NCBI GenBank assembly: GCA_032718475.1
Contig: JAUCBJ010002735.1
Location: forward strand, 24,584 to 88,583
Length of the DNA: 64,000 nt
DNA from: Nemertoderma westbladi
Lineage: Eukaryota; Animalia; Xenacoelomorpha
Direction: 5' to 3'
Both the position numbers and the translations under genes were made by a program. Under the pieces are notes generated by a model that was not told where the DNA came from, searched no databases, and saw nothing but the letters and a program-made list of their open reading frames with translations. Within the stretch, counting starts at the first letter, position 1; each line of letters begins with the position of its first letter. Positions 14,001-28,804 of this stretch are shown here, piece after piece.

Positions 14001-17000
14001 TGGTCGTTTCAACAAAGAAGTTCCAGATGAGGAGTGTGCTGATTTGAAGGAAAATTTAAGTATTTTTGATTATGAATTCCATATAGAAGTTGGATTTTCT
14101 CTGAATATGGCTGAATTCAAAGTCGTTAAAGATGATACTCAGTGTGTGGGTGGCTGGTTTAAGCATGTGATAGGTGATGAAGTAGTTGATGTGACATATG
14201 GAGATGTGATGAGACATTGTGGTGACATTGGTGTAATTACTAATTATGGGATGGAGTTTATTAATGTAATGCATTGGGATATCACTGAGAAATACGTACT
14301 TTCTCAACAAGAATCAGCCCGTTGTATGGAAATATTTGAGGATTCGCAACTTCGCCATCATGTTTTTGTTGGATGTGAGTTTGGTACTGGTCAACAAATA
14401 TTGTGTGAAGAAAACTGGATGACACCATTGGCATATGTGGAAAGGAATTACCAGACATGCCATGTCAATTCGAATTATGTGGAATATGGATTATTTAAAA
14501 ACGTTTTTGTGGATCGGTTTAATACAATGGGTATTGCTATTGATGACTTGGAGCAATATAGTACAATTTCCTTAATTTCTTGTGCCATTGTGCACGAACA
14601 TGCCATTGGTGGTACCCATGAAACTGGTAGTTTAATTCTACAAGTGAAATCGACATCTTCATTTTCATTTTGCAATAGCAGTGTCGATTTCGAGATTGGT
14701 GAATGGGAAATTATCTTCCCTATTAATGAGAGAGCTATCAAGCAAGATTATGTCGCAATTTATTACCATTCTAATTTAGAAATTGCTGGCGACTTATGTA
14801 GTTATGTCATATATGGTGACTTTTATGAGACCTCTATAAAATGGGGAATTACTGGAACAATTTCAAATTTGAAATTTCACAATGCGATTGAAAATTATGA
14901 AATCGGATTTTTAGGTGCGATGTGCAATGCAGTTTACGCCACAATTGAGTGTCAACCGCGTGATGCGGTTGAAGAGGATACATGGAACACTGGTCAAGTC
15001 ATAAGCAAAAATGAACTTATTCATGACATTGCTAATACTTCAATTCAGTGGAATTGGCTGCATAAAGTTGTGTCATGTAGACAAGATATAACACATGGCT
15101 CAGTTCTCGACCTTTCCATTCACTGGCACTCTTTATCAACACTTTATGTTGAGGAGTTTAATGAACAGAAAGTAAACTTAGTAGAAACCGTTTTTGAGCC
15201 ACTTGGTTGTCATCGCACTGGGTATGGTATTGAACAAAATATTGCGAAAGAAGTATTTGGGGAAATAGAATTTGATATACTGATTGAAAATACTTATAAA
15301 TCATCGGAAATTGAAATGCTTGGCTTTTCTGTCCAGGGCCTTTATGAAGATGCCAATGTTCTGAGACAGCCTCATATAAATGGTGATTATGTTGAAGAGA
15401 GTGTTCAATATTTATATGCAGATGTATACGAGGGTTTCAAGTTTACTAATGTGAAATCCTCTTATGCTATTGACTTCTATCCACAGATGTTAAATCGTCG
15501 CGATGTTTGCATATTTGGAGGTTATTTAGAGATGTATCTAGAAGAATGTTGGCACTTTCTCGGTAGTTCACATGTACAACATTACGATATTGAATTTGCA
15601 GAACAGTATATGACAGGCGAATATAGTATTGCGCATCCAGACACATTCATGCCCATAATTCAGGGTGTTACTGTGTCTGGTGAGATTTCATGGTGTTCAT
15701 CAGTAGATAGATACACTAAAGATATTGCTGTGGATTACAGTAGTAGTTATATTTTTGGAGATAACATGGAAAATTTCGACACATCAAGCTCTTTCATTGT
15801 TTGTGGAAATTCTGTAAGTGATGATTTTGACATGGAATGGGACTTTATTGGGCTCAGCACATTAAAATCATTTGTTCAAGAGATGGTTGGAGGAGAAATA
15901 GAATCCCCCTTCGAAGGAGACCTTGATGTCAACAATGTTGTTGTGTATGGAATGGTTTATCTAAGTCATATGGGTTGGGAATCTACTGCTTTGATGCAAT
16001 ATTCACAGAAAGAAGCAGCACAATTGTATTTACATGATAAACAGTTGGCAACTAAATATAATGTAAATACTGGAACAAATATGGGAATTGGAAAAAATCA
16101 ACAAGAGTCTTTACCAATTGAAGAAGCATTTACATTTTCTGAGAAGAGAATATATAATCAATTTTGCAATATTAACAGCGAAATGCATTGGCTAGATGGT
16201 AATCCTAGTGTTTCATGGCATTCTTCTAGAGGATATGGTTTGGAGAATTCAGAGCATTTGGATGCTACAAATGTCATGTGGATCGAAAAACCTGTTGTGG
16301 AAGTTATCAAACCTTCATACCATCTGGAGAGTTTCATTAATACATACTATACAACCTATGGAGTAAATATGTGTTATGGGTGTCTCGAACAATCGGTGGA
16401 ACAACTTGAAGGAGATTTGTCAATATTTGGAGTGACTACAGAATATGAGACTCCAACAGTAACGACTCATGTGTTTATTTACTGCGACAGCACTGCTAAT
16501 GAAATAACCGTCTTCGGTGAAGAATTGATCAACCGTCACAGTTGGTATAAGACTATTAGTGTCATTCAACCGAAAATGGAATCTGCTGATATACACGTGG
16601 AAGCAGAATCTATTTATGTGAAAGGTAGTATGTTCTTTAAAGAAATAACTTGTCTACCTAATATGCAATGGATTGATAATGAGTTTGATTATTCAATGGA
16701 TTTGACGATTTTTAAGAACAAAGTTGAGTATCCTGTTATAGAGCTTACTTCAATAGAATTTAGTGAGAAGCCAGACATTTCTTTTGCGTACATGCAAGGT
16801 ATTGCTGTATATCTAGAGGTCGATTTTGATAGTGTTGATATTTATGGCGATTTGGGCAAAGAACTAGATTCAGCGCAACGAATCGGCATGCATGATGTTT
16901 TTGATAACTCTTATTCATCTCTAGAATCTGTAGCAATGTGTCATCCAGCACTTGATCAAGCGTTCTCACATTATGGGACTATAACAAGTTTATTTTATGA

Positions 17001-20000
17001 GAAACACGGCTTTGAATATGCAGAATGGTCATTGGGTGATTCTATAGATGGTTATTCAACATCTAAATTTGAGATTCAATTTGGGAACGAAATTCCGTCA
17101 AACCTGGAATGGGATATTTTACAATATACTGGGGAATTTAAACGAACAAGTGCAGTTTCTAGAACACATTTTGATAGAGTTATGCCTACTATAAAGACAC
17201 ATGAAGCTCATATTTGGTGCATATCAAAATGTTCTGGTTATGATGCTGTTTGGTTCACTGCTACACCAAAAGTGTCTGAGAGGTTTCATTTGGAAAATGC
17301 TCACCAAAGTAAATACCTGATGGAGTGGTATTACGGATCCGAGAATATTAGTTACATTATTTATGGTAATTGTTATGATAATGATTGTCATTTTGAATTT
17401 TGCAGAGATTTTATTTCTGAAGTATATGCAACAGATAACGCCAGATTTCTTGATTCTGTATGGAATTGGTGTCATATACTGCATGTTAAGGATCAAATTT
17501 CATATTTGGAGGCTGAGGAGCATGTATGGATGCAAGAATTTGATTTTATAAATAGCAAATTTGAGCAGACACATGGAGTGGAATTTGTTGGCTGGGAATA
17601 CACCAGCCAATTGCATACTGAGTATCACACAAATTTTAACCAATCCTATTGTTTACCTCTGGATAGTAAAGTTAGTTCGATGAGTTGTGTGTTTAAAGAA
17701 AATTATAATGAGAATTTTGCTAGTGAAGTTGTTGAATTAGCTTTTGACCGAGCGCTCTGCAGTCATCGTGGTGTGGTGATTGCTTCTTCCCACCAATCCC
17801 AGTTGGTGACAACAGCATTGGAAGTGACATCACTTTTAGCTAAAGCATTATTTAACCAGGACTATGCCAATATTGGCCAAGAAGTTATGGATATAGAAGA
17901 CAGATGTGACAGCAGCATTTGCAAATGTTATGGGACTGCTTCTTGTTTTACTATAGAGGATGGATACGCTGGATCTTTTACAACAGATACACTAAATAAG
18001 GAAAACTGCAAGTTGATTGAAGAAATTCGATTCAACAAAGGTAACTATTTGTTTTCTTTTGGAAGACGATTTGCCCTAGGGTTAGTAAACCATGTTTCCG
18101 ATATTTGGGAACTAACTTACAGTGAACATACAGACAAAGCTGAGAGAGAATTATTGAAGGTCCAATCTCATAGTGCAAGTTTATTTAAGCCAAGTATTTC
18201 CTCTTACTGCATATTCGGATTTGGAATTGTATCAAAAATTATTTCTGGAACTGTTTCGGAGTTTCAAACATACAACACCTCACATGCCCTATCAAGAATA
18301 GAAGGAGCTGTTGATCGATGTGGTCTGCAAATTTATGTATCTTCATCATGGTCAATAGGGTTGATCAACAATGCAAGTCTTTTTATGGAAGAAACAGGTT
18401 TTTGGATGCACCAAACTTACAATCGTGAATTTGCAGATGTTTCTATTTTCCTTGCTGATTCTGATCAGTTGTATAACAAATATAAACCCAAAGTTATTGG
18501 TAACAGTTGCGAATCATACTTAGAGTTTGGAGCCATCGGGCATTTCTATAATGTTACTCCGCCATCTGAATATGTGAGATCTCTGGACGAGATCGCCATT
18601 CCTTTGGAATATTCCAAATCGTTATGCTCTATTAGCTTGGCATTTGGCGAAGAGCTTATTTGGAACATGGATTTGGAAAATCTCCTTATAGGAAATATGC
18701 GGAGTTTGGGTATGGAGCAAGCCAGCATCAATTACCAGGATGACCCTACCCAAACGGCTAGTAGACATTCATTTGAGACATTCAATGATGCATCATTTAA
18801 CTCTATAAACTGGCATACCTTACAGAAAATTTTGGATATAAAACATGAAAAGGCGAATGTGTTCACATATATTTCATCTCTGTCTGGAGTCTCAACTGAC
18901 AGTATTGACTATATTTGTGCTCAGTCTAAAATTGAATCATTCTCTGATGAATGGCAATGCTCTCAGCCATACTTTAAACTACACATGAACTCAGAGTATG
19001 TCAGTGTTGTAGTAGAACCAAACAAAACCCAACAAGAGTTATTATCATCACAAGATAAATATTATGGTAACTCTGTTGATAATTGCAATCTTTGGCAAAC
19101 CGTAGGCGAAGCAGTGGATAAGGTTATTATCAAAAATCATGCGCATATACTCGAAGTAATAACGCAAATGTATACATCTTATAATGCCTCCGCAGATTTA
19201 CCCTTATTAGGTGCCACACAGGAATACCAATCTATTGAGTACGGAGTTACTGGAACTATTGGTTACTCAAAACCACAGAAAATAAATCTGGGCTTTATAC
19301 TTCAAGATGTTTTGCAAAGCTGTGCTACTAGTGATAGCACATTTGTTTATGGACAACAGATATATGGACTTATTTCTGGCGAGTTTTGCGCAAAAACATG
19401 TAATTATCTTACTGAATGCGCTATTGTTAAGAAAATACAGGAAACACCTCTGATGGATTCGAATATAAAACGCAATATTATTTGGTGTACTTCAGTGCAA
19501 GAGTGTTCTGACTTGGAGATTGAACCTGTTAGTTACTTTAAAGTATCTGACACATATATGGTCCAGTTAGATACCAAAGTGGATTCTGCAATTTTGGAGC
19601 GAACTCCTTCTTTTAATATTGGATACTTTAACGGTTTTGGTGCATTAAACTCTAATGTTTGGGAAACCATCAACCAATTTCCGAATACAACTCCATTAAA
19701 AGATCATACAACAGAGTCATACATTGGGTATGATATGCAGCGTTCAATCTGTAACAAATTCGGCTATAACTTAAATCACTCTATAGAAAATGATGGTTTT
19801 ACATCATGGGAGTACATAAAGGCTGATTATGAAAGCTTGCCAGAGACATCATATGGTATTTTATCAATAGATTACTATCTTGAGTCCTTATTTTACATTG
19901 GAAAATGTACTATCTTGGGTAACACAATTTTGGAAGAAATCGTATGGGATTACCTTGGTCATAAAGAGATTCCGAAAGTCGACCATGTTAGTGAATCCAT

Positions 20001-23000
20001 AGTTGTTGATAATTCTCAATGTACCTGCAATATCAGTTCAGATTGCGAAGAAATTATAGCTGAAACTAATGACATATTTTCTGAAACACCCGAACTAGAT
20101 ATATTTGTAAGTGATAGTGGTGCAAGAGAATTTTGTAATATCAGAATTGAGTTTGAAGTCAGTTTATGCCATCCTTCCAGAGAGTTTTATCACACATATG
20201 GATTTGGTATACCTGAAGAAACTTACTATGAACATGTTGGTGGAATTGTTGAGGCACCTGGAATGGAGGAATATGGCCATCTGATTGATGATTTCAAGGG
20301 ATTAGCTACGTATGTGGTGAAACCGAGATATATATGTTACACCATGTATGAAGAGGCTGTATATCATCAAACCATGGAATATATTAATCTAGAATGGTTT
20401 GAAACTTGTGAAAAGTGCATGGCAGATGTCATATACGAATCAAATTTATACGAAAGACAATATGTGCAGAAACATTATGTGTATGGGAAGGAGTTATTAG
20501 CATTCAACACTTGGGAATCCTTGGGAAAAATAGGATCATACCAAACTGAAGATGCGAGATTGATTGAATCCTATGAACTTCATCAATATGGGTTCCTGGA
20601 GGCGCTTGTTGTAATGTATTTTTGTGAGAAATTAATTGATATTGTTGGAGAATGGGAAAAAATTCAAGATTTTGATTTGATGTTTATGGAATATGAAACT
20701 GCCTTTGTTTATTTACATGAATACAAAGTTACGGATCATGCAAATGAAAAAGTGTGTGTGGTATATGGTGAGGGTGATTTGAAAGAAATTGTATGGCAAT
20801 CAACCGTAGTTTTAAATATATTTTCATTGGGATCAGTATTTGCCTGTGTTATTGAGCAAGTAAACATCATGTATGGGAAGTCACAATGTAAATGGGGAGA
20901 TGAATTTGCTTTCGGTCAACAAACAGAAGAAATTACAAACTGGAAAACTATCAATTCAGAATTTTACAAACTTCACGGTACAAATTCGGTGGCAGTGGAA
21001 TATCATCAAATCCTAGAAGGGCGTATTAAAATAGATAGTGTTGTAGTTAGAGGAATGGAGATTAATGAGTCCAACAGTTGGCAAAGCAGTCAACCTCTCC
21101 AACAAATTTCATATTCTAATGCATATGAATCATTATGCCATGATCATTTGTACTTTGGTTTTGCTCAAGATACTGCCTCAGTAACGAATGATTCATATCA
21201 AGAAGTACTTGATACTGTTTGGCTTCATGCTAAAGGATTTAATCCCGATAACGTATGGTCGGAACGATCTGGTTGGAGTTTCCATTACTCTGAATTTTTC
21301 CAGCCCATTATATACAATCCCAAATTAGTTCAGGGGGTAACTACGCATTCGTCTACTTATTGGGAAGATTTACAACATTTTGAATCAAAGGATTTATTTC
21401 AAGATTGTTTATTTGGATTCGATGTTGTGGATAATTTGGAGAAACTTGATAAGACTGTTACTGCTTACGATATGGCTGAGTGCGATTTATCGGAAGAGAT
21501 TAATCTAGAGGACTTTGCTGTAGATATACTGGTGAAGGGTGTTGAACACGATATTGCAGGATTATCTTTTCAGATGACCCTTACATCCTCAGGTCATGCA
21601 GATAAGACCATCGTTTATGGAAACACAACATATGATGGAGTTGATTGGCAGATGATATACATCTCAGATTGCTTAGAGTATACTTTCTGTTCTGTTCTTG
21701 TTGAGGGTGTTATTCAAAGACATGGGGTATCAGTTGATCAAGGGAATTCATGGAATGTAGGTTGCATTGAAAGTATAAACTATATGTCAGAGACAACACA
21801 TCAATTAGACCACAGAAACCTTGATATTGACAATACCAATGTATCATTGTGTTATGAATCTTTTCATTGTTCGCATTCAAAAGACCGAGAATATATATTG
21901 GGCAATGCTTTTCAAAGTAGTGCTGTATGGGACATAAGTCAAATACTTATTATTGATGTACCCCAATACGAGTATATACAAGATTATGAAATCGAGTATT
22001 TTCAGCATAGAAATTTAGGTGTGTCAGTTCAATGTGCCCTTACTCTAGGTAGTGCTAGCACTGACTCATTAGAAACAAATTATTCCGAACAGTTTACCAC
22101 CAACACTGCTGAAAATGATTTTATTGGATCAACAATTGCATTGGATATTATTAAATCTGCTGTTTGTGAAAAGGCGGTACTTTTTGGGGATGCGATTTCT
22201 AATGTAACAAATTGGCATACAACAGGCTCTGTTGGTGGTTATTTGACAACTAATGTGACGTCTAAACTTAGCGTGGAGGCAATGTGGCATCGTGTAAATG
22301 TTATAAAAGCTTCTAACAGTGCTATGGCAGCAATTGAAACGTGTACTGAAATATACCAATCATTAGATATGTTGTTAATTGGTGGTGTTGGGAACGAATT
22401 CGCAGAGGTTTTCCATAATGCGCATCACATAATAGAAAAAGTGGATGAACAATTTTATAATACTTGTGGTGACATTGTTCAAGGTGTTGTTGATTGGAAC
22501 TTTGTGGATAAATTTATTGCTGATATTTCAGGGAAAGAGACAATTTCCAACATTAGCGAACACTTTGCTCTTCATGAAGGTGTTAATAAGGAGTATGATG
22601 TTTCACTTTGCATCGCCCAAGAAGTTGAATGGGATATTCTTATGGAATATTCACATAACTATTTGTTAAAGAATCCTAATTTTGAGTTTGCTGGAATTAT
22701 AACTCATACTTCGGAAGAAAACATTTGTGAAGTTTCGTCAATTAAAACGTACGGTAATCATATATTTGAAACCTCAAATTGGGATCGCTTGTGCGGTAAT
22801 TTGGGTTATTTAACGTCTGCAGCCCATCAGCAATTTGAATTCTCTTATTTCTGCAACACCTATAATTCTAGCTATGGCGAAGAACGCTGCTCAGCACAAG
22901 TTTCTTCTTTCTATTCAGAAACACAAACATCGCTTCCATTTCTTCAGACTGCAGATCTACTGGATGTTGGGGATGTTGTGTACCACATGTTTGAGTTATA

Positions 23001-26000
23001 TAATGAGCAAATGTTGTTCCATAACAGTGTTCAAGGAACCAGTTCTGATGAAATATTACACTGGGAAATTTCTACTGACCTGGTTAATCAACCGTATGCT
23101 ACAGGCCAGGCAATTAGCTCTGACACATCTTTGGTTGGTTTGAGTACACAATCTGTAACATGTGATACTGTGTCAGGTCACCAGATTCAGCAAACATTTA
23201 ATATTAACTTCTCGTCAGTTGATAAATTATTTGTGGGGGTTGTGGAATCTGAATATACTGGAATTGTAATTCATGAAAATCTACAAGGATATTACAACAT
23301 AACAACTCAAAAATCATTTGGTTACCAGGTGGAAACATTGCTTGAGTGGGAGTTCGCATCACAAACTGCACGATATCATATAGACTCTGCACGCCTTGAA
23401 TACTCCCTTGAAATATTACATAATGATCGGAATTGTCAAGTGGATCTGAAATTGTCTGACGCCTTGATGGATACGTTTGATTTTAACTGGGATATTGCGC
23501 AGATGTTTACTAAATGGCATAAGGAACGTGACTTTGCAAATGTAGCAACTGAGTATCACAAACTCGATCAGAATGTAAATGTAAATTATTACTGTTTTTT
23601 GGGAAATTCAACTGAACATATTATCGATTGGCAACATGTTATGTCGTATCAAAAGGCCACTGAATTTTCTGAATTTCCTCATTACAATTACCAAACTGTT
23701 GAAATTCATCGTGAAATGGAATCAGTAAGAAGTCATGTTTTGGCTTATGGTCAGCAAATAGATATTTTCTTTGAATGGGACATGTTATCATTTGGAGAAT
23801 ATGATTCGTCATTCCAAGATACTGTTTCCATAACATTTGCTAGAGAAATTGCAATTTGTGAATCTTTTGAGAAACGGATTATTTATGGTAATTGCTGTGA
23901 GAACTTGTTACTATGGGATGATTTAAATTATTCTAGAAACGCAAAATATGAGTTTGCTACAGAACAGGTATTTGACATATTTCATCCAGGTAGTTTTCAA
24001 ATTAAATCATCCATGATTTGGTCAAATGGTTCACAGATGTACCCCGAAAGAGATTGGCTATATTGTCAAGAATATATCCCTGAAAAACAATCTCAAGATT
24101 TAGCGAATATAATATGTGAATCTTGGGGGTTTCTTTCAAAAGCAGGATTTTCTCTGTATGAAATCGCAGGCAATTACACTGAAAGTTTGTCAACCTTTGA
24201 ATATGTTGGACAGTACCTCCAGGGACACGTAGAACATGAACGGGCATTCATGAGTGATACATTAACTATTCTTTTGACAGATTATGGGATTAGTTATGGC
24301 CAAAGAATGAATACAGCTGAAACCAACTCCTTTGACACTGTCTGGGAGTCTTCTCTAACTATAACAAGCAGAAAAAGTAATTTAGATTATGCTGGATCAT
24401 CATGGGAACTGGACCATTCTGTCAGTCGCGTTTTACCCAAAACAATTATGTATGGCAATGAGTTCAATGAGTATTATCCTTGGGATTATTGCACTTTTAC
24501 TATCGGATATATTGCAGAGCTAGCGAATCACAGCCTACATTTTCTCCATATACATGATGGCTATACCACTGATGAGGCCAAAAGTTATCGACATCCTGTT
24601 GAAGGGTTTGAATACTTTGATTGTGGATGTACCCACCCGTTTTTTTCACCCGGACAATGGACTGCCTTTGCGGATGTGAGCAGTTTCGTAAGTGATATCG
24701 ATGTTGGTGTTTCTTCGCGGCAAGATGTATCTTGTGGAAACCACCTTGACTCATACACACTCTGGGAATCTGCAGATAATTATCATTCCCGAGTGATGAA
24801 AGAACATTCAACCAGTATATTTCATGATTGTGGCTTTGAACAGCATAATTTATCTTTATCTTTCAGCATCAATATGGGATATGGAATGGATAATGTATCC
24901 TTATTTGAAGATGACATTTCTTTCAACATACTATTGACTCATTCAGGCAGTGAATATGTTGGTATTACTTTCGCAGAAGATATATACGATCAGAAGAATG
25001 TAGATACCGTCAGTGTTTATGGAGATGGATATTTGCAGTGGGACAATTGGGAATATGTTGGTTTTATTTCCGGCTATGATGTAGAAATTGTAACTTATGG
25101 GATTCATTTTGAAACACTGTTTAGTGGAATTGGATCAGATATAAATCATTTGTGGTCTTCTTCTGAAATTAATACAATCTCTGATTTCTGGGAACATAGC
25201 TTTGATTTCATCAAACATCGACATTCCATGGAGGTTGTTGAAATTAGGTCAGATTTTTGTGACTTGGAAACTCATTTTGGGATCCGCTTGCAACAAACAT
25301 ACCGTATACCTCAAACGGATGACATAACTTGGGAAACTACTGGAATTGGATCAGATTTATTAAAAGAATCCGTATTACTGGGGGCAACATATGATGCAAC
25401 CTACCTAACTAGGTCTTTTAAGTTAGAAGATAGTGTACGACTAGGAGCTAGTATTCAAGAGGAATTGGTTGTACAGTCTGATTATATCCAGTTTTTGAAT
25501 TGCCTTACTTCAGCTCAAGAACAAGCCAATCTCATTGTTGCTCAAAGGGTAAATGATGCCGTTGAAATAAATAAAGAGGTTTGTTACGGAAAACCTTCAT
25601 TCAATATGTTTACATGGGAGTTTGCTTGCGCAATGGAAAGTGCCATATTTGAATCAGCATTTGACATGTTTTATGGATATTTCCTGGAAAATCATTATGA
25701 TGGCAACATAAATGTATCTCTATATAATGAACAACATTCATTAGAAGATACCCAATGGATGCATGTTGATGAATTTTGCAAAAAGGATACTTTGTTTCAC
25801 TACGCAAGTATTTCGGCACATTTCGACATACTAAATATTAAAGTAACAATTAAGGAATCTTTGGAAATATGCAATGCTATCGAAAGTCTTTTGATATGGT
25901 GTCATGCGGGAGAATTTTCAACCTCTAGTCATGCTGTAGAAAAAGGCGAACTTTGTGGAGTTGTCCTATTTAAACCAGCCACATTTAAATTATTCAGGCC

Positions 26001-27497
26001 GGAAGTATGGGGATCATCGAGTTTTGAGGACTGGACTGATATTTGGACATCCCTTGACACAAAGTCATGGAATTTGCCCGAGAGTCTGAGACTTGGTTCC
26101 ATTGCACATAATGATCTTAATACGATTGAATCGCGGAAATTGGTGCGAACGTATAATTTTGCAATGGAAAATATTATCTGTTGTGAATTTGAACATTCAA
26201 TGAGTGATGTTTTTCATGATTCAGCCAATGTAAGCCTGGAGTGGAGTCAAACAAACTATGGCAGTATTGAACACGGTAGGAAGACGATGTCATTTTCTAT
26301 TATCAATGCCGTTGATGTTCTATTTAATGAAGATGCATTCATGTTTACTGACCAATCAACATATGATGGGGCATCTATGGTATTGGAAGAACATTGGATG
26401 GGAACTTTCGTTAACATACACCAGGATGTACAGTACGGAACTTCTATTGAAAAATGTATAGACTGGGGTACTATTATGGAATCAATGCCATTTCAACACA
26501 ACTTTGAATTGGCATTATTTGAAAAGGCGGTTTACAATCATTATGAATTTGGAATTTGCGGTGAAGGTGTTGAGTTATGTTACGGTTATTCCGATATAGC
26601 AAATCTTGCCTTGGAATGGAATTTATATACTTTATTGGATAGACCTGCTCGCGAATACGTTGGTGCGGAAACGTACACACCAGTTGGGGGCCAGCACACC
26701 ATTCGCAAGGATTATTCTCTATGTTTGGAAATGTCAATGTATATCGATTGGTTGAATGTGGATACATTTTCTACCCATTCAATGGACTCAGTTTTCTCGA
26801 ATGTTCACCGAGAGGTTTCATTCGACCATTACAATATGTCATCTTACTTGGAAATGTGTCAAGCTGAACTGTCATCTGTAACATTTATTAATGTCAACTT
26901 GATCGCTATTGAAAAGGAGGATATAAACCTAGAGAATGTTGACATATGCGACTGTGATTATCTAATGACAAGAACAACTGACATCGTTAAACCTATTGTA
27001 TATGGATATCATCAATCAACGATGTGTAAATGGAACTCGGTTGACTTTACTGGCTATGAGCTGCTTTCTGTCGAGGCTGGATGGCAGCTTGAATTACATC
27101 ACTCTTACGCTACCATCACCAGAGCAACAGAGAGTACGTCCTATAACATTGCGGACCAATCGCAAGAGTTTATCGTTTGGGATTCTCTTTTCAACTCAAA
27201 GATTCTTTCCTACGAGACCAACACTGCTGATGCGTCTGCGCATTCATCTTGGCACAGGTGTGAAACAACCGGGAGATATACCGTTAGAGGTGAATACCAG
27301 TCGAGTGCTACACCATGGAATCAGGTCTGCGAATTGGGCGAGGCTGTACCAGAGGTAGCCTATATGTCGTACGCCGCTGATATGTCTCGCAACAGTAGCC
27401 GGATAAAAGAGAGTAGCGAGTGGAGTATCCCAGATGAGACGGTATTCACATTAGACTGGGAATATTTACAGCACATTCTGAAAGATAATCAACAGAG
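1999..27497 (+). CDS. Giant coding exon (~8,500 codons) of a titin-like protein built from a degenerate 47/94-95/189-aa repeat
   Basis: 25.5-kb stop-free frame in AT-rich DNA. The ORF 'stop' is part of a consensus donor CAGAG|GTAAGA (GT at 27498-27499). Periodic [YF]G[ND]x7W motifs are present. The ATG at 1999 is probably not a real start. Confidence 0.9.
19945..25617 (+). repeat. 567-nt (189-aa) higher-order protein repeat, the most regular part of the array
   Basis: In-frame TGG at 19945, 20512, 21079, 21646, 22213, 22780, 23347, 23914, 24481, 25048 and 25615, each exactly 567 nt apart and each preceded by G nine residues upstream. Confidence 0.9.
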
Positions 27498-28072
27498 GTA
27501 AGATTATATATGCAACTAGAACTAGAAAGCTATAAGTTTAAATTTTAAATGGTAAATTATAAACCTTATATGGTAGGTATGTGCAGTAGTAGTACCACCA
27601 ACTAAAACCAACAGTGAGCTAGACATGTCATTCATGTGTCAATCATAATGAGTCACCTGACTGACATGCACGAACTATTCCATCTCACCTTCTTTTTGTA
27701 CTGTTTATTCATTCAAACCGGTGCTGGCCAATATATCATCCATTACAAGAGGGATAAGATAATGAAATGCAGGAATATCAACATTAGCAAGTACACCCCA
27801 GACAGGATATATCAGCAATGGGTGTGACTGCCTCATTATTAATTTTGTGAAGATAACACTAACTGGCCTTGTGAAATACTGGGGATGAGACCTCGTAAAC
27901 TTCGAAAGAAATGTTCTTTTTTCTGGCCCTCGCTTCTTACACTTCAGATAATTGGCCTGGAATCGATAGCTGGTTGCCTGGTTACCCTATATCAGTGACC
28001 TTCATGGATACCTCTAGGTCTACTGTACCCCAGCGGTTTGTACTGCAGTGAGCTGACTCTGCGCCACACATT

Positions 28073-28340
28073 AGTAAAGTAAAGTGTTTGTAACAGGAAA
28101 CACCAGAGGCGACCCGAAGTTTCCTCTCTCTTGGCTGTTACATATAAGACAGGGAGGGCGCCACACGTACTCCCAAGGGTGAACACCAACACACCGTAGC
28201 TGTCCAACCCAACCGAACCCAGGTTAGGTTCCCATATCGCTGGGTTGGCCCACCAGTTACAAAATTGTAACTACCTCTATACGGTATCGAACCCGGGACC
28301 TGCCAGCTACAAGCAAGGCGAGTGATCACTCCAGCAGATA
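28073..28340 (-). mobile_element. tRNA-derived SINE
   Basis: On the minus strand there is a tRNA-like head with a Pol III box B (GGTCCCGGGTTCGATACC, + strand ~28283-28300) and an A-box-like TGCTGGAGTG. The body has inverted repeats (AGTTACAA-aa-TTGTAACT) and the element ends in a (TTTAC)n-type tail (agtaaagtaaag at 28073-28084 on +). Boundaries are approximate and no TSD was identified. Confidence 0.7.
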
Positions 28341-28804
28341 CTGGTTCTTTGGTAATTTCCTAGAATATGTATAAAAATTCAAAAAACAGTTGGGAATTGG
28401 CGACCCTCCACCCACACCTACACTGACATTAACGATACGATGGAATATGTACCACACTGTCGAAAGTGCTTAGACAACCCGTGTCTAAGTCGAGACACAC
28501 TGCCCCAGTCTCTCCCATCTCTGAAATCTCCCTGATATTTTTGCACCGACGTCGTTTATTAATACCGAATTAATTTAAAATCATCTCTGCCATCGTCTTT
28601 TTTTGTTTTAACAAATTGATTTTTTGAATTAGTTCCATAAATATGTTGAGTTTCTAGTTACAAGGGATAAAAAATCGAGTAGAATGATTGTAGATATAAT
28701 GGGTACACAAGCAGCAAACCCTGCTAAGCCAAAAATATATGGAAATTCATAAAAAATACAATCAAAGTATTAAATTGAAGAACCGCATAAGTTATAGGAC
28801 GATT

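Noticed and set aside
27878-27912. Hammerhead-like CTGGGGATGAG...TTCGAAA in the intron
   Set aside because: The core CTGANGA is not intact and stems I and III could not be formed convincingly.
28388-28545. Possible hAT/MITE terminal fragments (tggcgaccct; cagtctctccc...aatctccctga)
   Set aside because: No matching inverted partner or target-site duplication was found.
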